Source: Candidatus Babeliales bacterium (GTDB lineage Bacteria > Babelota > Babeliae > Babelales > RVW-14). From it: a DNA stretch of 64,000 nt. The stretch's first letter is position 1, and every line of letters starts with the position of its first letter. The stretch lies in NCBI GenBank assembly GCA_019749895.1, contig JAIEPG010000005.1, positions 73,371 to 137,370 of the forward strand, in the 5' to 3' direction. The notes under the pieces were generated by a model. The model saw nothing but the letters and a program-made list of their open reading frames with translations. It was not told where the DNA came from and made no database searches. Shown here in pieces: positions 19,281 to 28,687 of this stretch. Both the position numbers and the translations under genes were made by a program.

Positions 19281-20296
19281 AATGTCAGCTCATTTATTTT
19301 TACTGAAACTTGCTTGACCAACTCTGCTTTATCTTTTTTAACAATTAACAGAGCATCGTCGGTTTCAACAATGCATAAATCATCAACGCCGATACAGGCA
19401 ACAAATTTCTTTTTTGAAAAAGCCATATTGCCCGTTGCATCAACATTAATAACCGCTACATTGTCATGCGCATACGTTTCTTTAAGCTGCAAAAACGTGT
19501 ACACATTGCCAACGTCGTACCATTCTAAATCGGCGGCAAAAACAACCGTATTGTGGCTTTTTTCCATAACCGCATAATCAACTGAAATATTTTCAAGATC
19601 GGCATACGCGCACGCACCGCTCAAATAAGCTTGCATTGCCAAATCAAGCAAGGGCGCACATGTTGTAAATTCTTGTAAAAAAGTGGATACCTTGGCAACA
19701 AAAATGCCCATGTTCCACAACATACCATCACGGTGCGCATATTCTTGAGCAACATCAGGCGATGGTTTTTCGTGAAATTTAGCAACCGGAAAACAGACGT
19801 CATCGTGACGTTTTGGGTTTGTTTGAATGTACCCGTAGCCCGTTGCAGCGTTGCGCGGCTTAAGCCCAAACAGGGCAATTTTGTTGTGCGCAGCAACGTA
19901 GGCAACCGCTTGATTAACGATTGTGCTAAAAGATTGAACATCCGGAATAAAATGATCTGCTGGTAAAAAAACAATCACAGCATTTGGATCCTTTTGAAAC
20001 ACACGATAGCAACCCAGCAACAGCGCTGGTGCGGTATTGCGCCCTTCAGGTTCACTCACTATAAAGCCAATGTTGTTGCCCACAGCATTGTTAATCAATA
20101 GTTCTTGTTCGCAACTGGTAACAACAAAAATGGTTTCTGGCGTTGTAGCAATAGGCATAACACGCTCAATTGCTTGATCAAGCAATGATGAATTATGCAA
20201 AAAGGGAATGAGTTGCTTGGGCCTATTTTTATTGCTCAGCGGCCATAAGCGCGTGCCAATACCGCCTGCCATAATACCGGCGTAGACCGTTGTCAT
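19277..20296 (-). CDS. manC: Mannose-1-phosphate guanylyltransferase-type sugar nucleotidyltransferase
   Basis: GIMAGGIGTRLWPLSNKNRPKQLIPF is the N-terminal signature. The start at 20296 forms an ATGA overlap with the upstream gene's stop. Confidence 0.8.
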   Translation of the reverse strand: MTTVYAGIMAGGIGTRLWPLSNKNRPKQLIPFLHNSSLLDQAIERVMPIATTPETIFVVTSCEQELLINNAVGNNIGFIVSEPEGRNTAPALLLGCYRVFQKDPNAVIVFLPADHFIPDVQSFSTIVNQAVAYVAAHNKIALFGLKPRNAATGYGYIQTNPKRHDDVCFPVAKFHEKPSPDVAQEYAHRDGMLWNMGIFVAKVSTFLQEFTTCAPLLDLAMQAYLSGACAYADLENISVDYAVMEKSHNTVVFAADLEWYDVGNVYTFLQLKETYAHDNVAVINVDATGNMAFSKKKFVACIGVDDLCIVETDDALLIVKKDKAELVKQVSVKINELTL

Positions 20297-21630
20297 ACTT
20301 TTCTCCGCGCCGATTTTTGCACCGGCTTGCGCGTTGCATACATCCACACAATCATAAGCCCTGCCGCAGCAAGCATAATCAAGAGAAATTCAAACATCAT
20401 ACGAAAGCGCGCGCAGCCATCATGCCCGGTAATCAGAGAAAAATAAGCGAGGTAGGAACTGAAAAAATAAAAAAGCACATAGCGTTTTTGACCAAAAATA
20501 AACATAAGCGCAACAAGACACAAGAGATAACGCAGGGGTTGCCAAAGCGCTTCATAACAGGCTATAGCACGCAGCCACCAGCTGTTAGCACCCGCAACGA
20601 TATAGCTTTTTATTTTGTGCCACCACGAGCCCTTCATTTTGAAAAATGAAATGTCGCCACCACGCACTTTTTCGTTAAGAAGCACTTTTAAGTTGGTTGT
20701 ATACAGCCCACAAAAAGTCTTGGCTACGTTGGCAAGCCAGACATACACAAAAAGTTTAAAATTGTCTTTTGCGTCTTCAAAGAATTGGTTTTTAATTTCT
20801 TGCATGCCACCATCTTTTTGCGCATGTTTTTGCAACATCACACGTTCATAATCTGCGGTGGTACCATTTTGCTGCGCGCGGACGTTGGGATAAAACCAAA
20901 AATAAAGATTAATCTCGTTCAGCTCAGTCAAGCGAAAGTTACCAAAAGCATATTTGTTGTGAATCATATGCAACATTATTGGCGCACAAAAACACACAAT
21001 AAAGAGACTCATACAATGAATAGTTACTTGTGTTTTAGCACGTTTTTTAAACAAAACAAAAGCGATAAACGAAAGCGGTATTACAAAATATAACGCTGCT
21101 GCTGGCTTGATAAGCATTGAAAACCCAAGCGCAAGACCACTATGAATCAGGGGTCGCTGGTGCGCAGTTTGTAAAAAAAGCGTAAACCGCTCAAAAAAGA
21201 GCAATAAGAAAAAAGATAAACAAATTTCAGTCAAAATGAATTGCGAAAACGTTAGATAGCCAATATTGCACGCAAAAAGCGCGGCAGAAATTAAAGCAAT
21301 AGTTGGATTAAAAAATCGCCCTGCCACAACAAAAAGTAAGAAGCCAGAAAGTAATGAGAGTAAAATTTGTAACGCAATCAGGGGTAAGGTTGACTGCCCA
21401 AAAATCTTGTAGATAAAACCCATAATGAGCGGATAGCCTAGCGTATAGTACGGCGTATGGTTATTTTTTACTAAAATATTTTCTTGTGCAAAAAGCTGTG
21501 CATGGTGCACGTATGCTTTGGAATCAATGTCTTGATGGGCTTGCGGACCAGCCGGCACGTACTGATACAGCAGGTAGGAACAACCAACAAAAAAACTGGC
21601 AAAAAAAACTAACAGTAAACGCATTTTCAT
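20293..21630 (-). CDS. GT-C membrane glycosyltransferase, ArnT/PMT_2-like (family 39/83 type)
   Basis: Polytopic. DSKAYVHHAQLFAQENILV...YTLGYPLIMGFIYKIFGQS matches the first-loop pattern of the PMT_2 family. The start at 21630 has an ATGA overlap with asnB. Confidence 0.65.
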   Translation of the reverse strand: MKMRLLLVFFASFFVGCSYLLYQYVPAGPQAHQDIDSKAYVHHAQLFAQENILVKNNHTPYYTLGYPLIMGFIYKIFGQSTLPLIALQILLSLLSGFLLFVVAGRFFNPTIALISAALFACNIGYLTFSQFILTEICLSFFLLLFFERFTLFLQTAHQRPLIHSGLALGFSMLIKPAAALYFVIPLSFIAFVLFKKRAKTQVTIHCMSLFIVCFCAPIMLHMIHNKYAFGNFRLTELNEINLYFWFYPNVRAQQNGTTADYERVMLQKHAQKDGGMQEIKNQFFEDAKDNFKLFVYVWLANVAKTFCGLYTTNLKVLLNEKVRGGDISFFKMKGSWWHKIKSYIVAGANSWWLRAIACYEALWQPLRYLLCLVALMFIFGQKRYVLFYFFSSYLAYFSLITGHDGCARFRMMFEFLLIMLAAAGLMIVWMYATRKPVQKSARRKV

Positions 21631-23588
21631 TGGCTCTCCCCTTTTGTTAACGCTAACACATTTTGCACCACCCACAACTGCACGGCGCGCACTGAAGAAG
21701 CGTTATTAAATAATGAATTTATATTTTTTACGCTGTCTGAAAAAAATGGACGTGTTTGCGCATTCAAGCTGGCAAAATAGTTGGGAAAATACTGCCCTGC
21801 ACCAAACCAACGCACTGTTGGTGCAGCAAAGCCAACTTTTTTACGATACACAATTGATGGCGGTAAATACTCTTCAGCTATTTTTTTGAGCAGATATTTG
21901 GTAACACCATCTTTAAATTTCAGCGCTGCCGGAACATGCATCATAAACTCAACAAGCTTATAATCGAGGTACGGCTCGCGCGCTTCAACGCTGGTAGCCA
22001 TGGCCATTTTGTCGGCGCGCATGAGCAACAGCTCAGGCAGGCGCTGCTTAAGCTCGAGATACAGCATTTGTGCGGCAAAGTCGGCGCCACGAACGTTTTT
22101 AATCTTGTTGGCATGAAAGTTAACAATTGCGTAACTGTCAAACTCTTGGCGCGCACCTTTTAAAATTTGGCGCACTACCCAATCTTGGTGTAACGCAGGT
22201 ACATTGAACATGTTTTTTTGTAACATGGTACGCTTTTGATGCTCATTAAATGCAAGCGCACCACCCCAAAAAAGATCGCGGTTGCCAGCCCAGTTGGTCA
22301 TCAGCTCGGCATAGTGAGAATTTTTATCAAAAACAGCATGAGAAAATGTTTTTATACTTCTTTTCAAAAATGCTGGCAGCACTTTTTGTGATGGCCGCCA
22401 CAAACGGTCGTATAATTTTTTGTACTGCGCATACGTGCTATAGCCAAAAAAAAGCTCGTCTGCCCCCTCGCCCACCTGAACCACTTTAACACCATGATCG
22501 TGTGCCAACTTGGCAACATAATAAAAAGGTATGCACACACAATCACCCAGCGGCTCGTCGAGATGGTAGACCATTTTTTCGTAAAAATCGAACGCCTCTT
22601 TTTCCGTGATTACCACTTCGTGGTGCTGTGTACCAAATTGGTTGGCCACTTGGCGCGCCCAGGCAAGTTCGTTAGACTCTGGGCCGTCGGCAAAGGCAAC
22701 GGTAAAGGTTTTTACATTGGGCACAAACTGCGACATCAACGCAACGTTCAAACTTGAATCAAGCCCGCCCGACAAAAAAGCACCAAACGGCGCGTCGGAC
22801 ATCAAGCGCTTTTTTGTTGAATTAATTAATAATGTTTTAATAGTTTCTAAACAAAATTGTTCGTTATTAAACTCTTTGCGCTCTGCTTTGGTTATACTGG
22901 TGATGGGCGAGTACCACTCATGAAACGTTACGGCACGTTGTGCGTCAACTTTAAGATAATAAGCAGCTGGAAGCTTATAAATATCTTGATAAAACGTGTA
23001 AGGTGCTGGTGTAACCATGAACGTTAATGCGTGATAAAGCGCCTGATTGGAAACAACTTTTTTGTTCCAGGGCAACTGCCATAATGCTTTAATTTCTGAT
23101 GCAAAACTGATGATGCCGCCCTGCAACGAAAAATAGAGCGGCTTTATACCAATACGATCGCGCACGAGGTAGAGCTCGTTTTTTATGCGATCAAATAAAG
23201 CAAACGCAAACATACCGTCAATGCGTTGCAAAAAACTAATACCCCACGCTTGGTAGGCGTAGAGCAATGTTTCAGTATCTGAGTTTGAGCGGTAACGGTA
23301 GCCCAGCGCTTCAAGTTCTTTGCGCAGCTCTTGATGATTATAAATTTCGCCGTTAAAGGTAATGACCACGGTTTCTTGCGGGTCAAGCATGGGCTGATTG
23401 CCGGCACTTGAAAGATCAACAATGGCAAGCCGACGGTGAGCAAGCCCCATACCGCGGTCCTGATCTATCCAAACCCCAGCACCATCGGGCCCGCGATGCG
23501 CAATTGCCTCATGCATGCGCACAAGCAGTGATGGCTCAATTGTGTGGCTTTGTTCGCCAAGCTTTCCATAACCGGCAATACCGCACAT
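21627..23588 (-). CDS. asnB: Asparagine synthase (glutamine-hydrolysing)-like amidotransferase
   Basis: N-terminal MCGIAGY (catalytic Cys2), ...SDTE..., and the SGGLDSS PP-loop motif. The start is taken at MCG (23588). Confidence 0.85.
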   Translation of the reverse strand: MCGIAGYGKLGEQSHTIEPSLLVRMHEAIAHRGPDGAGVWIDQDRGMGLAHRRLAIVDLSSAGNQPMLDPQETVVITFNGEIYNHQELRKELEALGYRYRSNSDTETLLYAYQAWGISFLQRIDGMFAFALFDRIKNELYLVRDRIGIKPLYFSLQGGIISFASEIKALWQLPWNKKVVSNQALYHALTFMVTPAPYTFYQDIYKLPAAYYLKVDAQRAVTFHEWYSPITSITKAERKEFNNEQFCLETIKTLLINSTKKRLMSDAPFGAFLSGGLDSSLNVALMSQFVPNVKTFTVAFADGPESNELAWARQVANQFGTQHHEVVITEKEAFDFYEKMVYHLDEPLGDCVCIPFYYVAKLAHDHGVKVVQVGEGADELFFGYSTYAQYKKLYDRLWRPSQKVLPAFLKRSIKTFSHAVFDKNSHYAELMTNWAGNRDLFWGGALAFNEHQKRTMLQKNMFNVPALHQDWVVRQILKGARQEFDSYAIVNFHANKIKNVRGADFAAQMLYLELKQRLPELLLMRADKMAMATSVEAREPYLDYKLVEFMMHVPAALKFKDGVTKYLLKKIAEEYLPPSIVYRKKVGFAAPTVRWFGAGQYFPNYFASLNAQTRPFFSDSVKNINSLFNNASSVRAVQLWVVQNVLALTKGESQ

Positions 23589-23606
23589 ACGCACCTCTTA
23601 GCATTT

Positions 23607-25049
23607 TTACAGCGCGCTTGATCTGATTGTTGCATCAACAGGCCGCACAACAGTTTTTTCTTTTTCAAGTACTTTATCAACAGCAGAAATGGCCGAGAGC
23701 ATTGCAATGTCCATATTGTTATAACGATGCAGACCATTGCGCCCCATGAGCTCGAGATTAGAAAAAGTTCCTAAATAATTAAGAACAGTGGACAAATGTT
23801 CTTTATAATGCTCATCGTACAGGGGATATGCCTCGGCCGTCTTCATTACCATTCCGTCCAACACTTCATCTGCTTTTAGCAAGCCAATTTTTTCAAGTTC
23901 AAGTTTGGCAATGTTAACCAACTCCTGCTCAGTTTTTAACCAAAATGCTTCTCCAACAAAAGCAAAATATTCCAAGCTCAAGGCCGTATGGTTTGGATCG
24001 TCTACCATGGCCATAGAAAAATTGTTCATATTACCAATGCGACCCATTTTTACTTTTTTCTCATGAACATACAGCCAATGGTCCGGACAAATTGCTGTTT
24101 TATTTACAATCAAATTTACGGTAATCAAGCCACGATATTGCAGCGAATTTGCTGCGTTAATAATAATTTCTGGCGGTAATGGATCGAGCGATTTTATAAG
24201 CGTTCTGAGCGGCATAGTTGAAAAAAAATAATCGGCATCGTAACGCACTAATGTTTGCACACCACTAGTTGAACGCTTGTCTTGCGCGTGTACGGCAATA
24301 ATTTTTTTGCCGTCATGCTCAAGCGAAACTACATCTTGGTTAAGATGCACACTACCACCATCAAAGCTTTGTAACCACGTTGCGGCTTTTTCCCACAACG
24401 TGCCAGCACCTTTGGATGGATAATAAAAATCATCGCGAATAGTTCGTGGTTTATTTTTTTTGTAAAAGCGACCAAAGAAAGCAAAAAATATGGCTTTAGA
24501 AAGTGAAAAACCGCTAATTCGTTGAGCTGCCCAGTCTGAAGAAATTTCGGAACATTCAATGCCCCATACTTTTTCGGTGTACGTTTTAAAAAAAATACTG
24601 AAAAGATGATAGCCAAATTTATTAGTTACCCAGTCTTGAAATGACCTAACTTTTTTTATGGGAAAAAGACGATAGCGAATGTAACTGAGCATGCAACGTA
24701 AACATTCCCACAAACTTAAGCCCTCAAGAACGTTAAGCGGCTCAAGCGGGTAGTTAAAAAAATGATTGTTGTAATAAATGCGGGTAAAGCGCTTGTGTTC
24801 AAGAAAGTCACCCTGCATTAAATCTTTCCACCATTTTTCAATTTTTTCTGAGCTGGTTATAAAATGATGAGGCCCAATGTCATAGCGACAGCCACGATAT
24901 TCGGTGGTACGCGCAAGCCCACCAATCACATTGTCGCGCTCTAAAACGGTTGCTTCAAAATTACCGGTTTTAAGAAGTTCAATACCGGCAGTCAAGCCTG
25001 CCGGCCCAGCACCAATGATCAGTGCTTTATTTTTTTTACTACTCACCAT
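23607..25049 (-). CDS. FAD/NAD(P)-binding oxidoreductase (amine-oxidase / UDP-galactopyranose-mutase-like fold)
   Basis: ALIIGAGPAGLTAGIELLK...VLERDNVIGG is a Rossmann dinucleotide motif. Such genes commonly occur in polysaccharide clusters next to asnB-like genes. Confidence 0.7.
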   Translation of the reverse strand: MVSSKKNKALIIGAGPAGLTAGIELLKTGNFEATVLERDNVIGGLARTTEYRGCRYDIGPHHFITSSEKIEKWWKDLMQGDFLEHKRFTRIYYNNHFFNYPLEPLNVLEGLSLWECLRCMLSYIRYRLFPIKKVRSFQDWVTNKFGYHLFSIFFKTYTEKVWGIECSEISSDWAAQRISGFSLSKAIFFAFFGRFYKKNKPRTIRDDFYYPSKGAGTLWEKAATWLQSFDGGSVHLNQDVVSLEHDGKKIIAVHAQDKRSTSGVQTLVRYDADYFFSTMPLRTLIKSLDPLPPEIIINAANSLQYRGLITVNLIVNKTAICPDHWLYVHEKKVKMGRIGNMNNFSMAMVDDPNHTALSLEYFAFVGEAFWLKTEQELVNIAKLELEKIGLLKADEVLDGMVMKTAEAYPLYDEHYKEHLSTVLNYLGTFSNLELMGRNGLHRYNNMDIAMLSAISAVDKVLEKEKTVVRPVDATIRSSAL

Positions 25050-25107
25050 ACGTCCTTTTGTTTAGCAAATAATTGCAAACTCTCAAGATACGATAGTTTA
25101 AAAAGTT

Positions 25108-26085
25108 CTATTTTGCAACGGGCAATTTCATCCGCTCAACGTCGTAGACAAACTTTGGAATGTAGTGCATATGCGGCGAATTATTGTCAAATTTATACAG
25201 ATCGTCAATATCAATTTTAAAGCCAATGTTGAATTCTTCTAAAAGTTCAGTTGTTGAAAAAAATTGCATATTACGCATCTCTTTATTTTCTTGTACTAAG
25301 TTAAGAGGAATGTTAACCATTTTTGAATGTTCATAACAAAGCCCCTTAAAAGCAGGATTAACATGACGAGACCAAGCAGCGTCAAGATAGTTTGGTGTTA
25401 GATAATCAAGTGTTAAAAGCTCAGTAATTACATCGCTCTTTCTAAAAATAGTCATGTCCATGGAATTAGGATAATTCCAATCGTACTCACCTTGGCCAAA
25501 AGCCCATGAAAAAATCCCCTTTTCTACTTCTTGTAATGGCGGATTAGGAAAGTCTGTATGAATTGACAGGGTGTAGCACTGGGTAATATTTTTACCAAGT
25601 CGCAAGTAAAAGCTATAGGCACCATGCTCTTCCATGGCACGCACACAATCTTGTAGATCAACTTCTTCGGTTACCACAATGTCATCAACGCCAAACATGA
25701 GATAAGAATCTTGGGATTCTTCTAATATTTTTTGTAAATGGGGTTTAATACTTGGCACAGCCTCACGTTGCTCAATAAATTGTATCGCTGGATACAGTTG
25801 CTCGAGCTCATGATAGGCACTGGCAAACGCAGGGCTACTGGTGCGATAAATAACATGCGTTTGATGAAGCCCTTTAACACGCTTTTCAATTGATTCTAAA
25901 AAAGCACGCAATTGTAATGGACGATCGTAAGAAAAAGCAATCAAAACAACATCACTATTTTTTTGCACAGAAGCTGCTCGCATGAGCTGGCGAATTTTTT
26001 CAAACTGATGAGCACTTTCTGCAGAACACAAAGAAATACCAGCAAAGATAAACATTACAAAAAGCTTCAAACGTCGCACTACCAT
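25108..26085 (-). CDS. Hypothetical secreted or membrane-anchored protein, possible GT-A glycosyltransferase
   Basis: Hydrophobic N-terminus LKLFVMFIFAGISLCSA. VVLIAFSYDRPLQLRAFLESI and a DxD-like FGVDDIVV resemble GT-A enzymes. This is a weak call. Confidence 0.4.
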   Translation of the reverse strand: MVVRRLKLFVMFIFAGISLCSAESAHQFEKIRQLMRAASVQKNSDVVLIAFSYDRPLQLRAFLESIEKRVKGLHQTHVIYRTSSPAFASAYHELEQLYPAIQFIEQREAVPSIKPHLQKILEESQDSYLMFGVDDIVVTEEVDLQDCVRAMEEHGAYSFYLRLGKNITQCYTLSIHTDFPNPPLQEVEKGIFSWAFGQGEYDWNYPNSMDMTIFRKSDVITELLTLDYLTPNYLDAAWSRHVNPAFKGLCYEHSKMVNIPLNLVQENKEMRNMQFFSTTELLEEFNIGFKIDIDDLYKFDNNSPHMHYIPKFVYDVERMKLPVAK

Positions 26086-26182
26086 CGCCGTCCCTTCTCT
26101 TTTTAATTTTTTTTGATTTTTTAATAACACGTGACTATCATTATCTTGTCAAGAAACAAAGAGAAATCAAGGAGAGAAAATT

Positions 26183-27298
26183 ATGAAGAAACTACTAGCA
26201 CTTATTGTTGCCGTTATTCTGAATAGCTCATGTCACGCACTTTCGCTACCCGACAACGTTACCCTTTCCCTAGACATAATACCTCAAGAAACTCTGCAAA
26301 AATTTATTTCGTGCACTAATCACTATTTTGAACGAGAACGCGCTATGGAATTTCCGGACGATATTGTAAGAGAATTAGCACAAGAAGAGATTGCAGAAAG
26401 CGAATTGGAGCTATGGCAGCTCTATGCACTAGCACATCATTTGGACTATGGCGTTACCGCACATATTTGCGCACGACAACATTTGAATAAAACGGAACAC
26501 CTACCACTTGAACAGCGCTTACAAGCGCCCTTCAACCTACCATCAGATGTTTTGCGTAAGCATTATTTTTTAATGACCAAAGATGCTTCAGTCATGAAAT
26601 ATACGGACGAAAATGGAAAACCCGTCACCCTCAGCATGAATCTTTTTGAATACATTTATGGCCGCCGCCTTGAAATTAACAATTCAATTCTAGAACTTAA
26701 TGGCTTTTTTTTGGACGATATTTCCGGCATTGAAGTTTGTTTGGACGATCCGGCCGCATTAGTTTTTGATTTTAGTGATAACCTTTTAAAAAAAATACCC
26801 GAAGGTATTTCATGCGCACAGCAAGTAACCAGCATCAACTTGTCTAATAACCAACTCACCGGCCTGCCTGAAGGTCTGTGCCAATTAAAAAAACTTGAAA
26901 AACTTGATATCAGAAACAATCACATCACTCACCTACCAAAAAATATTGGTAACTTAACAAACTTGTGGCGTCTTGATGCCGACAACAATGAAATCATTAG
27001 CCTACCCGACAGCATATGCGACTTAGAAAACGCACACTGGCTTTCATTTAGAAATAACAAACTCACCCAACTCCCAAATGATTTGTACAAGCTGGACAAC
27101 CTTGAACGGCTGTGTGTAAGCGACAACAAGATTAGTCGCTTACCAGACAATATCAGCTGGACACAAAAGTTACGGGTTTTTGATGCACACAACAACCCAC
27201 TTGAACAATTACCTAAAGATTATAAGCGCTTAACCAGAGTGCCGATGCTTAATCTTGAACCAACACCAGCACCAGAAGTAACTGGCAACAATAATTAA
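26183..27298 (+). CDS. Leucine-rich-repeat (LRR) protein with signal peptide
   Basis: MKKLLALIVAVILNSSCHA resembles a signal peptide. About seven 23-residue repeats follow the pattern L..L.L..N.L..LP..I..L..L (for example LSNNQLTGLPEGLCQLKKLEKLDIRNNHITHLP). Confidence 0.85.
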   Translation: MKKLLALIVAVILNSSCHALSLPDNVTLSLDIIPQETLQKFISCTNHYFERERAMEFPDDIVRELAQEEIAESELELWQLYALAHHLDYGVTAHICARQHLNKTEHLPLEQRLQAPFNLPSDVLRKHYFLMTKDASVMKYTDENGKPVTLSMNLFEYIYGRRLEINNSILELNGFFLDDISGIEVCLDDPAALVFDFSDNLLKKIPEGISCAQQVTSINLSNNQLTGLPEGLCQLKKLEKLDIRNNHITHLPKNIGNLTNLWRLDADNNEIISLPDSICDLENAHWLSFRNNKLTQLPNDLYKLDNLERLCVSDNKISRLPDNISWTQKLRVFDAHNNPLEQLPKDYKRLTRVPMLNLEPTPAPEVTGNNN

Positions 27299-28687
27299 CA
27301 ACGGTTCTGCCGGCAAGCGCAGGCGCGCATAACCACAGGCAAGCGAGAGCCCCACAAAAAGACCGCCAAACCAGATAGTTATAAAAAATGGTTCGCGTGG
27401 CACACGACCAAGCAGGCACAATAAAGCGTAGCCAACAAAACCCAGCAGCATCAACGCAAACAAAAATATTTCGCTATAAATAACACCATAAATTTTTTTG
27501 TTATTAAGCTGCGGCTTAAGAAAACGCATAAGCAAGTCTGAAACGCTGCGCTTGTGCGAATAAGCTGGCAAAACGCCACCAGAATCTATCACCAGCAATT
27601 CTGAAGAATATAACGCAAAAGTTGTTTTGACCATATTGCGCACAGCATGGACAATGCTATGACATGGATTTTTGAGCATATAATTTTTCGCAATTTGTCC
27701 TGCCACAACAGATTCTTCAACATCCAACAACGGCCGACCGGCCTGAGCACGCTTGAGTTGCAAAGCGGCTGCATACTCGCTTTGAATAATCTCTTGCGCT
27801 TGCTGATAAGAACTATCGTGCTGCTCCATGCACAAGCGCGCGGCAACATGATTTAAAAAATGAACGCCCGAAAGCGTGTGAAAAAAAAGATACCCGGTAA
27901 GTGCGTAGTTACGCCAGAGCCAAGGCAACACAACAGCAAACCAGCTCAGAAATAAAACACACGCATCTCGCACTTTGTGTGCCAGCGGCGCACGTGACAA
28001 AAAGAAAAATAACACAATCGAAGCACATAACGTGAAATGACCAACAGGTCTAATCAGTGAGGCAAGGCCCAAAGCAAGGCCTGCACTCATCCCGAGTGCC
28101 CGGCGTCCTTCGACAAGCTCAGGATGACCGGGTTTTGGCGTCTTGTCGGTCGTAGCCCGTTCTCCCTGAGCCTGTCGAAGGGCGGGCGTAGACGGAAGAT
28201 GGGTGTATCGAGGGACAAAAAACAATAAAAAAAGCGTAAAGAAAATAGCAAATAACGTCTCAGTCATAACCAAGCCAGAAAAAATCAGGTAGCCGGGGTG
28301 TACCGCCCCAACCAACGCAACCACACGCGCAACTAACATATTGCCAGGAAACAGTGTGAGCGATAAAAAAAAGAACAGAATGGGAAGCAAACTTGCAAGA
28401 ACAATTTGCGCACGTAAAACAGCGTACAAGCTTTGACCAAAGAGTTTATAACATAAAGCTAAAAACAAAGAATACCCCGGCAAACGATAAAATTGCGGCG
28501 CACCATCAGCGTGCACAATACCCTGCCCATTGCTCAACGAAAGCGCTAACTCATGATAATGCCCAGCATCAAAAGCAAGCTGACAGGGGTTCTCTTGTAA
28601 AAATGTATTAAAAAAAATAAGACGAATAACTAAAGAAAGAATAAAAATAATCGTTAAAAAAAAACTATGTTGTTTAATGCTGTTCAT
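27230..28687 (-). CDS. GT-C membrane glycosyltransferase, ArnT/PMT_2-like, carrying an in-frame repeat insert
   Basis: FDAGHYHELALSLSNGQGIVHADGAPQFYRLPGYSLFLALCYKLFGQS matches the paralog at 28674. The C-terminus also aligns with that paralog, so the 69-nt convergent overlap with the LRR gene looks real. Confidence 0.7.
   Translation of the reverse strand: MNSIKQHSFFLTIIFILSLVIRLIFFNTFLQENPCQLAFDAGHYHELALSLSNGQGIVHADGAPQFYRLPGYSLFLALCYKLFGQSLYAVLRAQIVLASLLPILFFFLSLTLFPGNMLVARVVALVGAVHPGYLIFSGLVMTETLFAIFFTLFLLFFVPRYTHLPSTPALRQAQGERATTDKTPKPGHPELVEGRRALGMSAGLALGLASLIRPVGHFTLCASIVLFFFLSRAPLAHKVRDACVLFLSWFAVVLPWLWRNYALTGYLFFHTLSGVHFLNHVAARLCMEQHDSSYQQAQEIIQSEYAAALQLKRAQAGRPLLDVEESVVAGQIAKNYMLKNPCHSIVHAVRNMVKTTFALYSSELLVIDSGGVLPAYSHKRSVSDLLMRFLKPQLNNKKIYGVIYSEIFLFALMLLGFVGYALLCLLGRVPREPFFITIWFGGLFVGLSLACGYARLRLPAEPLLIIVASYFWCWCWFKIKHRHSG
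28107..28183. repeat. GC-rich palindromic repeat element, short copy B, in frame inside a GT-C gene
   Basis: ccttcgacaagctcaggatgaccggg and the inverted cccgttctccctgagcctgtcgaagg flank a 24-nt loop. On the minus strand it is translated as ...LRQAQGERATTDKTPKPGHPELVEGR... Confidence 0.75.

Noticed and set aside
27230-27298. I considered whether the convergent LRR/GT-C overlap reflects a mis-called stop or a frameshift.
   Set aside because: The GT-C C-terminus aligns residue for residue in length with its adjacent paralog, and the LRR ORF has no alternative earlier stop. I kept both as annotated and reported the overlap as an observation instead.
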